A model generated the notes under the pieces. That model was not told where the DNA came from, made no database searches, and saw nothing but the letters and a program-made list of their open reading frames with translations. A stretch of 64,000 bases of DNA from Alphaproteobacteria bacterium (lineage in GTDB: Bacteria > Pseudomonadota > Alphaproteobacteria > Rs-D84), in the NCBI GenBank assembly GCA_009777955.1, contig WRKW01000001.1, positions 98,255-162,254 on the forward strand, read 5' to 3'. The translations under genes and the position numbers were made by a program. Of this stretch, positions 7,972-18,100 are shown in pieces (the stretch's first letter is position 1; the number at the start of each line of letters is the position of its first letter).

Positions 7972-9612
7972 TTAAAAATCATCGGGAACATCGTCCATGG
8001 TCGGGCTGGCAGCATCCGGTTCGGGTTTTCCCGTCGGGGTTCCAGTGAAAGTGGTGTCATAGGTCGGTGGTGACGTATTTTCTTCTGTGCCAAAGCCGTC
8101 ACGCTTTTCGAATTCGTCCAGATCACTGAACAAACTATAGTCCCCACTGAATTTTGTACGTATCGTTTCCGGTCGGCCATGGCGGTTTTTACCTATGATT
8201 ATATCTGCCTTGCCGCGACATTCTTCCATACGTTTTTTCCAATTTTCCTGTTTATTGAACATGAACTTTTCGGAATGGTCGCCGCCACCTTCTGTGGGGT
8301 CGCGACCCTGGAGATAATATTCTTCGCGATATGTGAACATGACTATGTCGGCATCCTGTTCAATAGAACCGGATTCGCGAAGATCAGAAAGCAATGGTCG
8401 TTTATCATCGCGACTTTCTACCGAACGTGAAAGCTGGGAAAGGGCTATGACCGGAACATCAAGCTCTTTTGCCAGCATCTTCAAGCTGCGGGTAATTTCG
8501 GAAAGCTCGTTGACGCGGCTGTCATTGCGACGACTTCCGCCAGGCGGTGTCATCAATTGCAAATAATCGATCACGATAAGGGCTATGCCGCCGTGTTTAC
8601 GCGCCAGCCGTCGCGCGCGGGTGCGCATCATCGGAACGCTCATACCCGGGGTGTCGTCAAAGAACAGGGGTACGCGTGACAAGGCATCAGAGTATTGGGA
8701 CATTTTAAGGAAATCGCTGTCAGTCAAAGTTCCATTGCGCATAGAGCTTGCCGGGATTTTTGACTGGCTGGACAATACGCGTGCGGCCAATTGTGATGAT
8801 GACATTTCAAGACTGAAAAACACAACCGCGCCTTTGTACTTTGGATTTGCCGCACCGGACAAAATCGCGTTTGCAGCGTTAAAAGCAATATTCATTGCGA
8901 TAGTGGTTTTTCCCATCGCGGGGCGACCCGCGATGATGATAAGGTCGGAATGGTGTAGCCCGCTTATGGATTTGTCCAAATCACGAAATCCGGTGGCAAG
9001 ACCCGAAAGTTTGCCATCTGCTTTGTACGCTATTTCTGCTTCTTCCATAGCAAGGCGCAAAGCATCGCCCAGGGGGGCCGCACCTTTGTCTATACTTGTA
9101 CCCGTGGTGGATAGGTCAAATAGTTTTTTTTCTGCTTCTTCGATTTGGGTGGATACAGGATTATCCAGATCTTCGACAAAGGCGGATTCTGTGATATTTT
9201 GGCCGATTCCAATAAGTTCGCGCCGCATGGCATTGTCATGGACTATGCGGGCATATTGCTCCATATTTATAACACTGGTACCCGCACCGGCCAGTTGTGA
9301 AAGATACTCTATCCCGCCAACGGATTCCAGAACGCCCTGTTGTTCCAGGTATGTCTTTATGGTAATTACATCGACCGGAAATCCTGCGGCGAATTGTCGT
9401 TCCATAAGTTTGTAAATCTCTTTGTGGGCGGGATGCGTAAAATGTTCGGGCTTCAAAAAGTCGCTGACCCGTTCCAGTGCGCGGTTGTTCATCAGCACGG
9501 CGGCAAGCACCGCTTGTTCTGCTTCGAGATTGGTTGGTAATTGTTTTGGGGTAAAGTTAATGTTTTCCGTTTCCATCGTGCCAAAGCATACATCAAAAAA
9601 ATCGGATTTCAA
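7972..9612 (-). CDS. dnaB: Replicative DNA helicase DnaB
   Basis: Contains the DnaB N-terminal domain, Walker A GRPAMGKTT, and the LIVIDYLQLM and SQLSR motifs. An alternative start lies at 9576 (METENINF…). Carries an atypical acidic/Pro-rich ~50-aa C-terminal tail. Confidence 0.85.
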   Translation of the reverse strand: MKSDFFDVCFGTMETENINFTPKQLPTNLEAEQAVLAAVLMNNRALERVSDFLKPEHFTHPAHKEIYKLMERQFAAGFPVDVITIKTYLEQQGVLESVGGIEYLSQLAGAGTSVINMEQYARIVHDNAMRRELIGIGQNITESAFVEDLDNPVSTQIEEAEKKLFDLSTTGTSIDKGAAPLGDALRLAMEEAEIAYKADGKLSGLATGFRDLDKSISGLHHSDLIIIAGRPAMGKTTIAMNIAFNAANAILSGAANPKYKGAVVFFSLEMSSSQLAARVLSSQSKIPASSMRNGTLTDSDFLKMSQYSDALSRVPLFFDDTPGMSVPMMRTRARRLARKHGGIALIVIDYLQLMTPPGGSRRNDSRVNELSEITRSLKMLAKELDVPVIALSQLSRSVESRDDKRPLLSDLRESGSIEQDADIVMFTYREEYYLQGRDPTEGGGDHSEKFMFNKQENWKKRMEECRGKADIIIGKNRHGRPETIRTKFSGDYSLFSDLDEFEKRDGFGTEENTSPPTYDTTFTGTPTGKPEPDAASPTMDDVPDDF

Positions 9613-9688
9613 CCAAATATATTTTTGTTGAAATTGCCAATATTAATGTTACACTCCCGCCGGGAGAGATTAACAAAAAGGTAACAAA

Positions 9689-10765
9689 ATGCCTTCAAAG
9701 CATTTCTATAACACAAAATTTACTTATGAAAAAAATTACAGTAATCCACCCAAAACCAATAAAAAATTGAAATACACAGGTGAACCGCAAATAGATTTAA
9801 TGGGGCACAAGGTCTATGCCCCGATAGGTATAGCTGCGGGAACGGTGCTTAACTCTGACTATGTAAAGGCGGCTGTTGCCGGCGGAGCGAGTGTAATAAC
9901 ATCTAAAACCCTTCGGAGTTTGGAACGCGAATGTCTGCCCTATCCGAATTGCGTGTATATAAAGCCAGGTAGCATAATAGAGCCGAATGGCACGGTAATC
10001 GCACAGAAAGAAAGAACCGATACCATGACCAATTCTTTTGGCATGCCGTCGGCCAGCCCGGATTTTTGGATGCAGGATGTCAGGATTGCACAAGAATATA
10101 TTGATGCAAATCCCGGTCATCTTATGATTGTGTCGGTGGTTGGTACCCCGTTCGAAGGCGTACAGGATCCTGTTGAACAACTTGCCATGAATTATGCCGA
10201 ATGCGCTGTGATGGCGCAGATGGCCGGGGGAAAAGTAATAGAGCTTAACTTTTCTTGTCCGAATGTCAGAAAAGATTTGGGATTGATATACCAAGATGCC
10301 AGCTTGACATCAGAAATCATCCGCATGACGCGCCATGGAATAGGAAAAGACATCCCGTTGCTTATAAAAGTTGCTTATTGGCAGGAAGAATATGTCATGC
10401 AAAAAGTCGTTGATGCCGCATTGAATGCCGGTGCCAGCGGATTTGTCGGAATAAATACGATACCCATGAATGTGACAGATGAATTCGGTGCGCCCGCACT
10501 GCCAGGCCGTTTGTCCAGCGGTGTTTGTGGCAAGGGCATAGCACCATACGCCATAAAATGGCTGGATTCGATGGTCGAATTTCGTGAAAAAACGAATGCA
10601 AAGTTTATTATCGGCAGCAGTGGCGGAATAACTTGTCATGATGAATTTGACGACCGGTTGCGCAGTGGGGCAGACTTTGCGCTGGCCACTACCAGTTCGA
10701 TGCATAATCCGGGTATATTCGCCGATTATCATTATTCCAAAGGAAACATCCAAAGGACAAGATAA
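9689..10765 (+). CDS. pyrD: Dihydroorotate dehydrogenase, class-1-like (dihydropyrimidine dehydrogenase PreA-like homologue not excluded)
   Basis: Has the IAAGT…TSKTL and ELNFSCPNV motifs typical of class-1 DHOD. A ~40-aa N-terminal extension is present. Lies immediately upstream of pyrC. Confidence 0.55.
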   Translation: MPSKHFYNTKFTYEKNYSNPPKTNKKLKYTGEPQIDLMGHKVYAPIGIAAGTVLNSDYVKAAVAGGASVITSKTLRSLERECLPYPNCVYIKPGSIIEPNGTVIAQKERTDTMTNSFGMPSASPDFWMQDVRIAQEYIDANPGHLMIVSVVGTPFEGVQDPVEQLAMNYAECAVMAQMAGGKVIELNFSCPNVRKDLGLIYQDASLTSEIIRMTRHGIGKDIPLLIKVAYWQEEYVMQKVVDAALNAGASGFVGINTIPMNVTDEFGAPALPGRLSSGVCGKGIAPYAIKWLDSMVEFREKTNAKFIIGSSGGITCHDEFDDRLRSGADFALATTSSMHNPGIFADYHYSKGNIQRTR

Positions 10766-11845
10766 ATGAGCATGATATTATTTGATGCGCACGTTCACGC
10801 CCGTGAAGCGTTCACAAAAGAATTCAATGAAAGCGTTCCGGTTTATTCACAGTATTCCGGGGCAGTTTATATGATGAACTTTCCAAAACCTTTGGATCTG
10901 AAATGTCCGTACAAGGCCGGTGAATTAATTTACGAATATTACGATGCCATAATGAAAATCGCCAGAAAGTCTGGAAATCCGAATCATCGCCCGTTTTTGA
11001 TGCCGGTTCTGGCGGAAGATATGGAACCAGAACAACTTTCGCAATTTATAAAACTTATGCGTGATGCAGACGGCGGATTTCTGGCGGGTTTTAAGCTTTT
11101 TCCAAAAGGGCAAAGCACCAACTCTGGATATGCGCCATCCACCGAAAAAGCGCAAAAGCAGATAGACGTGCTTGAAGATATGGATGTGCCGCTTGCGTTG
11201 CATATGGAAGATCCGGATGAACCGAATGTATCAAAAAAAGAACAGTCAGCCATAGACAAGATTCTTCCGCAATTGATAGATAAAGACGGGAAACAACGTA
11301 ATATGAAAATATCCATAGAACACGTTTCTACTCAACATGCTATCGACGAAGTAGTCAGACGTGATCTTTGGTGCACACTTTCTTCGCATCATCTGGGGAT
11401 ATGCCAAGAAATGTTCGGGATACATGATCCGGCAAAGGCAGAAGAAATTCTGCGCGCGCAATATCCATATTTTTACTGCAAACCAATAATTCAAACACGT
11501 GCAAACCAATGGTATTTACATCATTTCTGGATATTCAGCGGGTACAAAAATCTTATGCTGGGTACGGACAGTGCGCCGCATCTTATGGAAAAGAAAATGT
11601 CGGATTCGCCGCCAGCTGGAATGTTTTTGGGTAATGCCGCACACGCTTATAGGGATCTTGTTCTTGATTGTGACCTGACTATGGAGCTTTTGGAAGAGTA
11701 TTCTTTAAATGCGGCACAGTTTTACGGGGTTGATACTGCGACATTATCAAAGGTAAAAATTCCGGGCGGAGATCATTTGAAAAACGTCATGAATATTCGC
11801 CACGTCGCGAGTAAAATGATAAGGGGAAAGCGTCGCGATACATAA
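10766..11845 (+). CDS. pyrC: Dihydroorotase, type II (PyrC-like)
   Basis: DAHVHAR metal site, FKLFP…STNS, IEHVST, LGTDSAPH and QFYG motifs align with E. coli PyrC. Confidence 0.7.
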   Translation: MSMILFDAHVHAREAFTKEFNESVPVYSQYSGAVYMMNFPKPLDLKCPYKAGELIYEYYDAIMKIARKSGNPNHRPFLMPVLAEDMEPEQLSQFIKLMRDADGGFLAGFKLFPKGQSTNSGYAPSTEKAQKQIDVLEDMDVPLALHMEDPDEPNVSKKEQSAIDKILPQLIDKDGKQRNMKISIEHVSTQHAIDEVVRRDLWCTLSSHHLGICQEMFGIHDPAKAEEILRAQYPYFYCKPIIQTRANQWYLHHFWIFSGYKNLMLGTDSAPHLMEKKMSDSPPAGMFLGNAAHAYRDLVLDCDLTMELLEEYSLNAAQFYGVDTATLSKVKIPGGDHLKNVMNIRHVASKMIRGKRRDT

Positions 11846-11928
11846 GTTGTGAATCGATAGTCGTAAGTCGGTAAAGGTCGAATATTATTATTCGACCTTT
11901 ATATTTTTGTGAATGGTTCATTTATAAA

Positions 11929-14031
11929 TCATCCATCCAATTTTACTTCTCGGTCGAAAATATACATCAGATCACGAGCCATGCTTCCGGAATCTGATTC
12001 CAGATGTGGATCTGATTCGGAAAGTTCCAAAGCATTGTGCGTAGCCAGTTTAAAAAGATCACGATGTTCGCGATAATCCACAAAATAATATGGCACCCAG
12101 CCGGATTGTCGTGCGCCCAGCAATTCGCCCGCGCCGCGCATCATTAGATCTTGTTCTGCAATTACAAATCCATCGTCTGTATCAACCAACACGTCCAGTC
12201 TTTTTTCACCATCTTCGGAAAGGTTGTTACCATGCATCAATATGCAGAATGACTGTCCGCTTCCGCGCCCCACACGTCCGCGCAACTGATGCAATGCCGA
12301 CAGTCCGAATTTTTCCGCGTTTTCTATAATCATAATTGTTGCTGCCGGAATGTCTATGCCCACTTCTATCACGCTGGTCGCGACCAATAATTTTATCTTG
12401 CCGGATGGATCTGCAAATTCGGCCATGGCTTTATCTCGCGATTTTTTATCCATTTGGCCATGGACAAGGCCGATTGCACCGTCTGGCATGCGTGCTTTCA
12501 AATATTCGAACCGGGTTTCTGCCGCAGCAAAATCACAATCTTCTGATTCTGTAACCAATGGGCATACCCAGAAAACTTTCGCGCCGGATAATATTTGTAT
12601 ACGCAGACGCTCTGTCAGTGTTGCAATGCGCTCTGCTGACAAACGGCTGGTCTTGATGGGTATACGACCGGTCGGTTTTTGCGCTATAATCGAAATATCC
12701 ATGTCACCATAAATAGTCATAGATAAAGTCCGTGGAATTGGTGTTGCTGACAAAGCCAGAAAATCTGGATTACAGCCTTTTGCGACCAAGGTTGCGCGTT
12801 GGTTTACACCAAATCTGTGTTGTTCATCGATGATGACCAGGCCAAGGTCTTTGTATTCAACCGCGTCTTGGAACAGGGCGTGCGTGCCGATAATGATTTT
12901 CGTTCGGCCGGAACGGATAGAAACCAACTTTTCTTTTTGCAATGCCCCCTTGTCGCGTCCGGTCAAGATGTCACACACAATGCCAAGCGTATCGCAAATC
13001 GGCTTTATCTTTGCATAATGCTGTCCGGCAAGTGTATCAGTCGGTGCCATAAGCGCGGTCTGTATTTTGCATTCCGCCGCGTTCAAGGCGGCCGCAAGCG
13101 CAACCACGGTTTTGCCAGATCCGACATCGCCCTGGACAAGACGCATCATGGGTTCTGTTCGTGCCATATCGTTTTCAATATCTTCGATGGCCTTGTTTTG
13201 TGCTTCGGTTAATTTAAAGGGCAGCATTTTATAAAGCTTTTCACGAAGCATGCCGTCGCCACGCAAGGTACGGCCGACAATTCCACGTTTTCTTTTTTGC
13301 CTTGTCAGGGCAATCGCGACCTGGTGCGCGAATAATTCTGCATACGCCGCGTGCGATATGCTTTCGCTGTTTGCGGCAAGGTCGTCGTTGGAAGTCGGAT
13401 AATGAATAGCATGAATAGCATCAAAAAATTTTCTGATTTCTGGTTTCTGGCCGTTAATGCTTTCCAGTTTTGCGAAAATTGCATCGCGTGCGTTTGCCAT
13501 AATCCTTTGCGTTAATCCGTCGCTTATTGGATAAATCGCCTGGTATTCCGGGATTTTATGCCTGTCTTCCAGTTTTTCAATAAAATCCGGATGATTGATA
13601 ATGGCACCGCCGCGTGTGAGATTGGTGTTGCGACCGCTGAATTCCATTTTTCCGCTTACTATGCGCCATTCCGCGATGGGCAGTTTTTCAAGCCAGTATT
13701 CCAGAAAGCTGGTGCCGAAAAATTGTAAAACCAAATCTGCGCCCAGTTTGTCGCGACATGTGACCTGGGTCGGTGCACGTTTTCCGCCACGAAAAACACC
13801 GCCCTTTTTATGCGAAATAATTTGAACCGGAATAGTCAGGACTTCGCCCGGTTTCGCGTCCAGCACCGATTCCAGTATTCCCCGGGGTTTTACATAGTGT
13901 GGTTTGTGAAGCAGAAAATCTAAAACCCGCCGACCGCCAAGCAAATCTGCCAATCGTGCGGCCAGTATTGGTCCCACGCCCTTTATAAATTGCAAGTCAC
14001 AGTTCAGAAAATCGACCAGTTCTTTATTCAT
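11929..14031 (-). CDS. recG: ATP-dependent DNA helicase RecG
   Basis: Wedge domain, Walker A GDVGSGKT, and DEQHRFGV with helicase motifs. Start chosen at MNKELVDFL (complement of 14029..14031); the ORF track extends to 14091. Confidence 0.85.
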   Translation of the reverse strand: MNKELVDFLNCDLQFIKGVGPILAARLADLLGGRRVLDFLLHKPHYVKPRGILESVLDAKPGEVLTIPVQIISHKKGGVFRGGKRAPTQVTCRDKLGADLVLQFFGTSFLEYWLEKLPIAEWRIVSGKMEFSGRNTNLTRGGAIINHPDFIEKLEDRHKIPEYQAIYPISDGLTQRIMANARDAIFAKLESINGQKPEIRKFFDAIHAIHYPTSNDDLAANSESISHAAYAELFAHQVAIALTRQKRKRGIVGRTLRGDGMLREKLYKMLPFKLTEAQNKAIEDIENDMARTEPMMRLVQGDVGSGKTVVALAAALNAAECKIQTALMAPTDTLAGQHYAKIKPICDTLGIVCDILTGRDKGALQKEKLVSIRSGRTKIIIGTHALFQDAVEYKDLGLVIIDEQHRFGVNQRATLVAKGCNPDFLALSATPIPRTLSMTIYGDMDISIIAQKPTGRIPIKTSRLSAERIATLTERLRIQILSGAKVFWVCPLVTESEDCDFAAAETRFEYLKARMPDGAIGLVHGQMDKKSRDKAMAEFADPSGKIKLLVATSVIEVGIDIPAATIMIIENAEKFGLSALHQLRGRVGRGSGQSFCILMHGNNLSEDGEKRLDVLVDTDDGFVIAEQDLMMRGAGELLGARQSGWVPYYFVDYREHRDLFKLATHNALELSESDPHLESDSGSMARDLMYIFDREVKLDG

Positions 14032-14090
14032 AATGTTATTATAAATTGTATATTGATAAATATCAACATTTGTTGTATATAATCCCAGCA

Positions 14091-16382
14091 ATGAAGAAAT
14101 TTTTAATCTTTTGCTTTTTGTCCCTTATATCGACTGTTGTCACAGCGGCGACAATTTCCCGTATTGATGTCAGCGGCAATCGCCGTATGGATACGGAATC
14201 CGTGCGCTTACTTGCGGATGTAAAGGTCGGCGATAATCTGGATGCTGAGGGTCTTAACAATCTTGCAAAACGTTTAAGAATGTCGGGATTGTTTTCCAGT
14301 GAAAGAGTTACCATGAGTGGTGGGATTCTTAATATAGAAGTGTCCGAAGCACCAGTTGTAAATATGGTTACGATAGAAGGTAACAAAGCAGTATCTACCG
14401 ATGATTTAAGGAAAGAAATCCGCATGCGGGAACGTTCTGCATACGATGAATCTGTAATTGGTGCGGATGTACAGCGTATGTTGACCGTATATCAACGCCA
14501 GGGATATTTCGGCACAAAGATAGAGCCAAAGCGCATAGAGCTGGATGGTGGTCGCGTCAATGTGGTCTATGAAATAAATGAAGGTCACCCAACCCGTATC
14601 CAATCGATAAAGTTTTCTGGTAACAAGAAATTCCGCTCGCGCGAGTTGCGTGGCGCGATATTATCGCAAGAATATTCATGGTGGCGGTTTATGGCATCAT
14701 TCGATACCTATGATGAAGATCGGATACAGTATGATCAACAGCTGTTGCGCCAATTCTATTTGCGTAACGGATATGTTGATTTTCGCATCAGATCCGCTGT
14801 CGGGGTGTTTTCACCCGACCGTAAATGGTACTCTGTTACATTCGATGTGGAAGAAGGGCAACGTTACAGATTCGGCGATTTAAATATTGAAAATCCATTT
14901 CCCGATATAGATACCGAAAAATTGTATTCTAAGTTACAGATGAAACGCGGCGAAATATATAATATAGACAAGGTTGAAGAAACCATATCAGAAATTCGAT
15001 CCGCAGTTGCCGAATATGGATACGCTTTTATAAATGTTGATATAGTTCCGGAAAAGAGTGATGATCTTCGAACTATAAATCTTGTTTTTAAAATCCAAAA
15101 AACCAACCGTATTTATATAAATAAAATTACAATTCTTGGTAACGTTCGTACATTCGATTCGGTTATAGAGCAATTATTTCAAACCCGCAGCGGCGATCCG
15201 TTTTCTTTACAGGATATAGAATTGGGGCGACAGCGTTTGATGCGTACCCGGTATTTTAAATCCGTTGAAATGGTGCCGACACGAATTGCGGATACCAATC
15301 TGATGAATCTGGACGTAAGGGTTGAAGAACAACCGACGGGGGAATTATCCGGCGGTCTTGGCTGGTCAAATATCAACGGTTTTATGATTGATGCCGGAAT
15401 AACAGAAAACAATTTTATGGGTCGTGGACAAATCGTCCAGTTGCGCGGAAGTATAGCGCAGTACCAAAGACAGGTATTATTTGGTTTTACCGAACCGTAT
15501 CTTTTCGGTCGCGCCCTGTCCGGGGGATTCGATATAAATTATACAATGTATAATTATTCTAAATTGGGTTCTTATGGGTATGATCGGGACAGCTTTATGG
15601 TTGGCGGAAGATTGGGGTGGAAGCTGACTGATAACTGGTCGCAGACGTTGCGTCTGACAGCCAGCTTTGATCAGAACTATGACCTGCACACGCCGGGTGG
15701 ATGGCAGTCGGCGAATCTTTATACCCTGGGCACCAGTTTCAGATATCATAATCTGGATACAGATTTTGCACAGCAGACGCATGACGGAATAGTCGCGAAT
15801 CTGGGCGTGGCATACACCGGGTTTGGCAGTACGGAAACATTTATGCGGTATGATGCGGGTATTACAGGGATGCTGAAATTCCTGGACAACCGGTGGCAGT
15901 TGAGATCAGAACTTAATGCCGGATTTTTACAGCCGCTAGAGGAAGAATATATTTCCAGAATGTATCGATACTTCCTTGGCGGGGAGAGTATGCGTGGATT
16001 CAATATAGCGGGCATAGGTTCACGCAACTGGGCATATAGGAATTATGCGTTGGGTGGATTATGGCGACTTCACGGTACAACACAGATGAATTTCCCGATA
16101 TTCATTCCGGATGAATATCAGGTAAAAGGCTTTGTTTTCTCGGACTATGGAATAGTGGGACGTCCACCAAGAAAAGAATTTGATTACACATTGTGCCATC
16201 CTTATTTTGGCTGTACCACACAATCAAACTACATAGACCAGGATTTGCGTGTTTCTTATGGTGTTGGTGTATATTGGAATACCCCGATGGGTCCGATGAA
16301 TTTCAGCTGGGGCTGGCCTTTGAAGTCAAAACCATATGACCGTGAACAATTGTTTCTTTTAAGCTTTGCCACGCAATTTTGA
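14091..16382 (+). CDS. bamA: Outer membrane protein assembly factor BamA (Omp85)
   Basis: Signal peptide MKKFLIFCFLSLISTVVTAA, POTRA repeats, and a C-terminal beta-barrel ending …LLSFATQF. Confidence 0.85.
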   Translation: MKKFLIFCFLSLISTVVTAATISRIDVSGNRRMDTESVRLLADVKVGDNLDAEGLNNLAKRLRMSGLFSSERVTMSGGILNIEVSEAPVVNMVTIEGNKAVSTDDLRKEIRMRERSAYDESVIGADVQRMLTVYQRQGYFGTKIEPKRIELDGGRVNVVYEINEGHPTRIQSIKFSGNKKFRSRELRGAILSQEYSWWRFMASFDTYDEDRIQYDQQLLRQFYLRNGYVDFRIRSAVGVFSPDRKWYSVTFDVEEGQRYRFGDLNIENPFPDIDTEKLYSKLQMKRGEIYNIDKVEETISEIRSAVAEYGYAFINVDIVPEKSDDLRTINLVFKIQKTNRIYINKITILGNVRTFDSVIEQLFQTRSGDPFSLQDIELGRQRLMRTRYFKSVEMVPTRIADTNLMNLDVRVEEQPTGELSGGLGWSNINGFMIDAGITENNFMGRGQIVQLRGSIAQYQRQVLFGFTEPYLFGRALSGGFDINYTMYNYSKLGSYGYDRDSFMVGGRLGWKLTDNWSQTLRLTASFDQNYDLHTPGGWQSANLYTLGTSFRYHNLDTDFAQQTHDGIVANLGVAYTGFGSTETFMRYDAGITGMLKFLDNRWQLRSELNAGFLQPLEEEYISRMYRYFLGGESMRGFNIAGIGSRNWAYRNYALGGLWRLHGTTQMNFPIFIPDEYQVKGFVFSDYGIVGRPPRKEFDYTLCHPYFGCTTQSNYIDQDLRVSYGVGVYWNTPMGPMNFSWGWPLKSKPYDREQLFLLSFATQF

Positions 16383-16446
16383 GAGCATAAGAAAAACAAT
16401 TGCTGATTTATTGTCCTGTTGAACCAAGTTAGTCCCACTTATTCTC

Positions 16447-16476
16447 TTGACTGCATGTGTCGGATTTCCCTATAAT
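16447..16476 (+). promoter_or_regulatory. Sigma70-like promoter (TTGACT-18 nt-TATAAT)
   Basis: Near-consensus -35/-10 hexamers 20 nt upstream of the RBS AAAAGGAG of the small lipoprotein gene. Confidence 0.45.
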
Positions 16477-16496
16477 CAAGGCAAAAGGAGAGGCTT

Positions 16497-16652
16497 ATGA
16501 AGAAAGCTATACGCATGCTTTGTGCTGTGTTTGCCGTACTTTGCATAGCCGGATGCGGTCAAGTATATGATCGCGAACCGGTTGGTGTCGGGTATGACAA
16601 TAACGAATTAAAACTATCCCCTTGCGCCTGTATCAGGGTTTGGCAAGCTTGA
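16497..16652 (+). CDS. Small lipoprotein (51 aa)
   Basis: MKKAIRMLCAVFAVLCIAGCGQ has lipobox IAGC, a strong RBS, and the promoter upstream. Below the ORF-track size cut-off. Confidence 0.45.
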   Translation: MKKAIRMLCAVFAVLCIAGCGQVYDREPVGVGYDNNELKLSPCACIRVWQA

Positions 16653-16748
16653 TGGATTTGTCGCGGGATTTAAAGCGTAAAGCATAAGAAAAAAAATGCA
16701 TTGCGTTTTGCACGCGCAGATTTTGGTTTGCAAGCAAAGCGAGCAAAT

Positions 16749-17462
16749 ATGGACTATCCAAACCATTTCTATACTCCTGTTTTTCCAAAATCGCGCGGAG
16801 TTGCATTCTCGCGTTCGTTGGCGATATGGATTTTAATAACGTTTTTTGCGATCTTCGCTTTGTGCGGTCTTTTGTGGTGGTCTGCCCATTCAGTGCGGCT
16901 TGCGCCGTTTCTGATTTCAATAAATCAAACGACAGGCGAATGGAAAGTTGTATCCGAAAAAACAGGAAACGTACGCCCCATGCCGGGGTGGAGCGTGATG
17001 CAAGAAGCTGTGGTCGGAAACTTTTCAAGACAATGGTTTGAAATACTGGGGACAGAACGCGGCAACGAAGCAAATTGGTGCAAATGCGAACGCCGCAGAT
17101 GCGCACAACCTTTGGCTTCGGATATCAACCAGTATGGTGGCAATATGTGTTTTTTATGTTGTCGTTCGGGCGACAGGCTATATCAGATGTTTGCGGACAC
17201 AGTCCTGTTGGATCGTCGCGCGCGCGCAGCAGATGGCGAAATGTGGGTATTGCGTAATGATCATAATTTTCCGCTTGTAATTGAACCTGTTTCCAGGTTG
17301 GCCGAAGCGGGTGGCCTGTGGCGGGTTTTCGGTACATTAGAATCAAATAAAACAGGTCGAAAAAAAATAGAAGCATACGTGCGTGTGTCGCGGCATTTGT
17401 CTGATTACCCGCTGACACTGGGGTATTACGTTGTTGAATTCAATGCATATCAGGTGGAATAA
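16749..17462 (+). CDS. Membrane-anchored hypothetical protein: short cytoplasmic N-terminus, one TM helix, ~170-aa periplasmic domain
   Basis: Start chosen at MDYPNHF. TM helix LAIWILITFFAIFALCGLLWW. Topology resembles VirB8/LptC-like proteins, but no motif is assignable. Confidence 0.45.
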   Translation: MDYPNHFYTPVFPKSRGVAFSRSLAIWILITFFAIFALCGLLWWSAHSVRLAPFLISINQTTGEWKVVSEKTGNVRPMPGWSVMQEAVVGNFSRQWFEILGTERGNEANWCKCERRRCAQPLASDINQYGGNMCFLCCRSGDRLYQMFADTVLLDRRARAADGEMWVLRNDHNFPLVIEPVSRLAEAGGLWRVFGTLESNKTGRKKIEAYVRVSRHLSDYPLTLGYYVVEFNAYQVE

Positions 17463-18100
17463 TGAAACGAATTATATTTATTTTATCTGTTCTTATCTTG
17501 ATTAGTCTTTCCGGTGCAATGATGTATTTCAGTGGCCTTTTGTTTGACGCGTCCAGAAAAATTGAAATAGAACCATATATTTTCCAGCCGGCGGATCTTT
17601 CAAAAGATAGAATTGGCCGTCCGATGGAGCTGGAAAAATTAAGCAGAGAATATATTTTAGAGCGACTGATAAACAGATTCATGCGCGAATATTTTGATGT
17701 TATCCCGGATGATGAAGAACTTCGCCATCGTAGTGTTCCCGGCAGCGTTCTGCGCGCCATGACTGATCCAGCGACACCCGTGCTGGACAATTGGAACATG
17801 AATGTACGGCCAGAGCTTGCGCGTCTTGCAGAAGCCAGAAAGTTGCGCCGCACGCGGGTTACTAATTTGCGTCTGGCGGGCGAATATTATGTTGTGTCAT
17901 ATGACCTGATTACTTATAATCCAAACGATGTTGACAGTGTTCCGCTTGTCCAACACAACCGGCAGATACAGTTGCGTCTGCGTTTTGAACAAGGGGTGCG
18001 CGATACAGTTGGTGGGGTGCCGTTTGATGCCGGGAAATTTCTTGAATCCGGTGGTGATCCCGCAGCGATATTCAAGTTTGTGGTGGAAGAGGTAAGGTAA
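17462..18100 (+). CDS. Membrane-anchored hypothetical protein (signal-anchor plus periplasmic domain)
   Basis: MKRIIFILSVLILISLSGAMMYF. Its start overlaps the stop of the previous gene (TAATG), indicating an operon. Confidence 0.45.
   Translation: MKRIIFILSVLILISLSGAMMYFSGLLFDASRKIEIEPYIFQPADLSKDRIGRPMELEKLSREYILERLINRFMREYFDVIPDDEELRHRSVPGSVLRAMTDPATPVLDNWNMNVRPELARLAEARKLRRTRVTNLRLAGEYYVVSYDLITYNPNDVDSVPLVQHNRQIQLRLRFEQGVRDTVGGVPFDAGKFLESGGDPAAIFKFVVEEVR

Noticed and set aside
8179-9631. Plus-strand ORFs 8179..8430, 8333..8566, 8585..9415, 9340..9540 and 9422..9631
   Set aside because: They lie antisense within the well-supported dnaB gene and have low-complexity or Arg/Ser-rich translations.
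9797-10753. Minus-strand ORFs overlapping pyrD (9797..10294, 10310..10753, 10395..10601)
   Set aside because: Antisense to a gene with clear class-1 DHOD motifs; no independent support.
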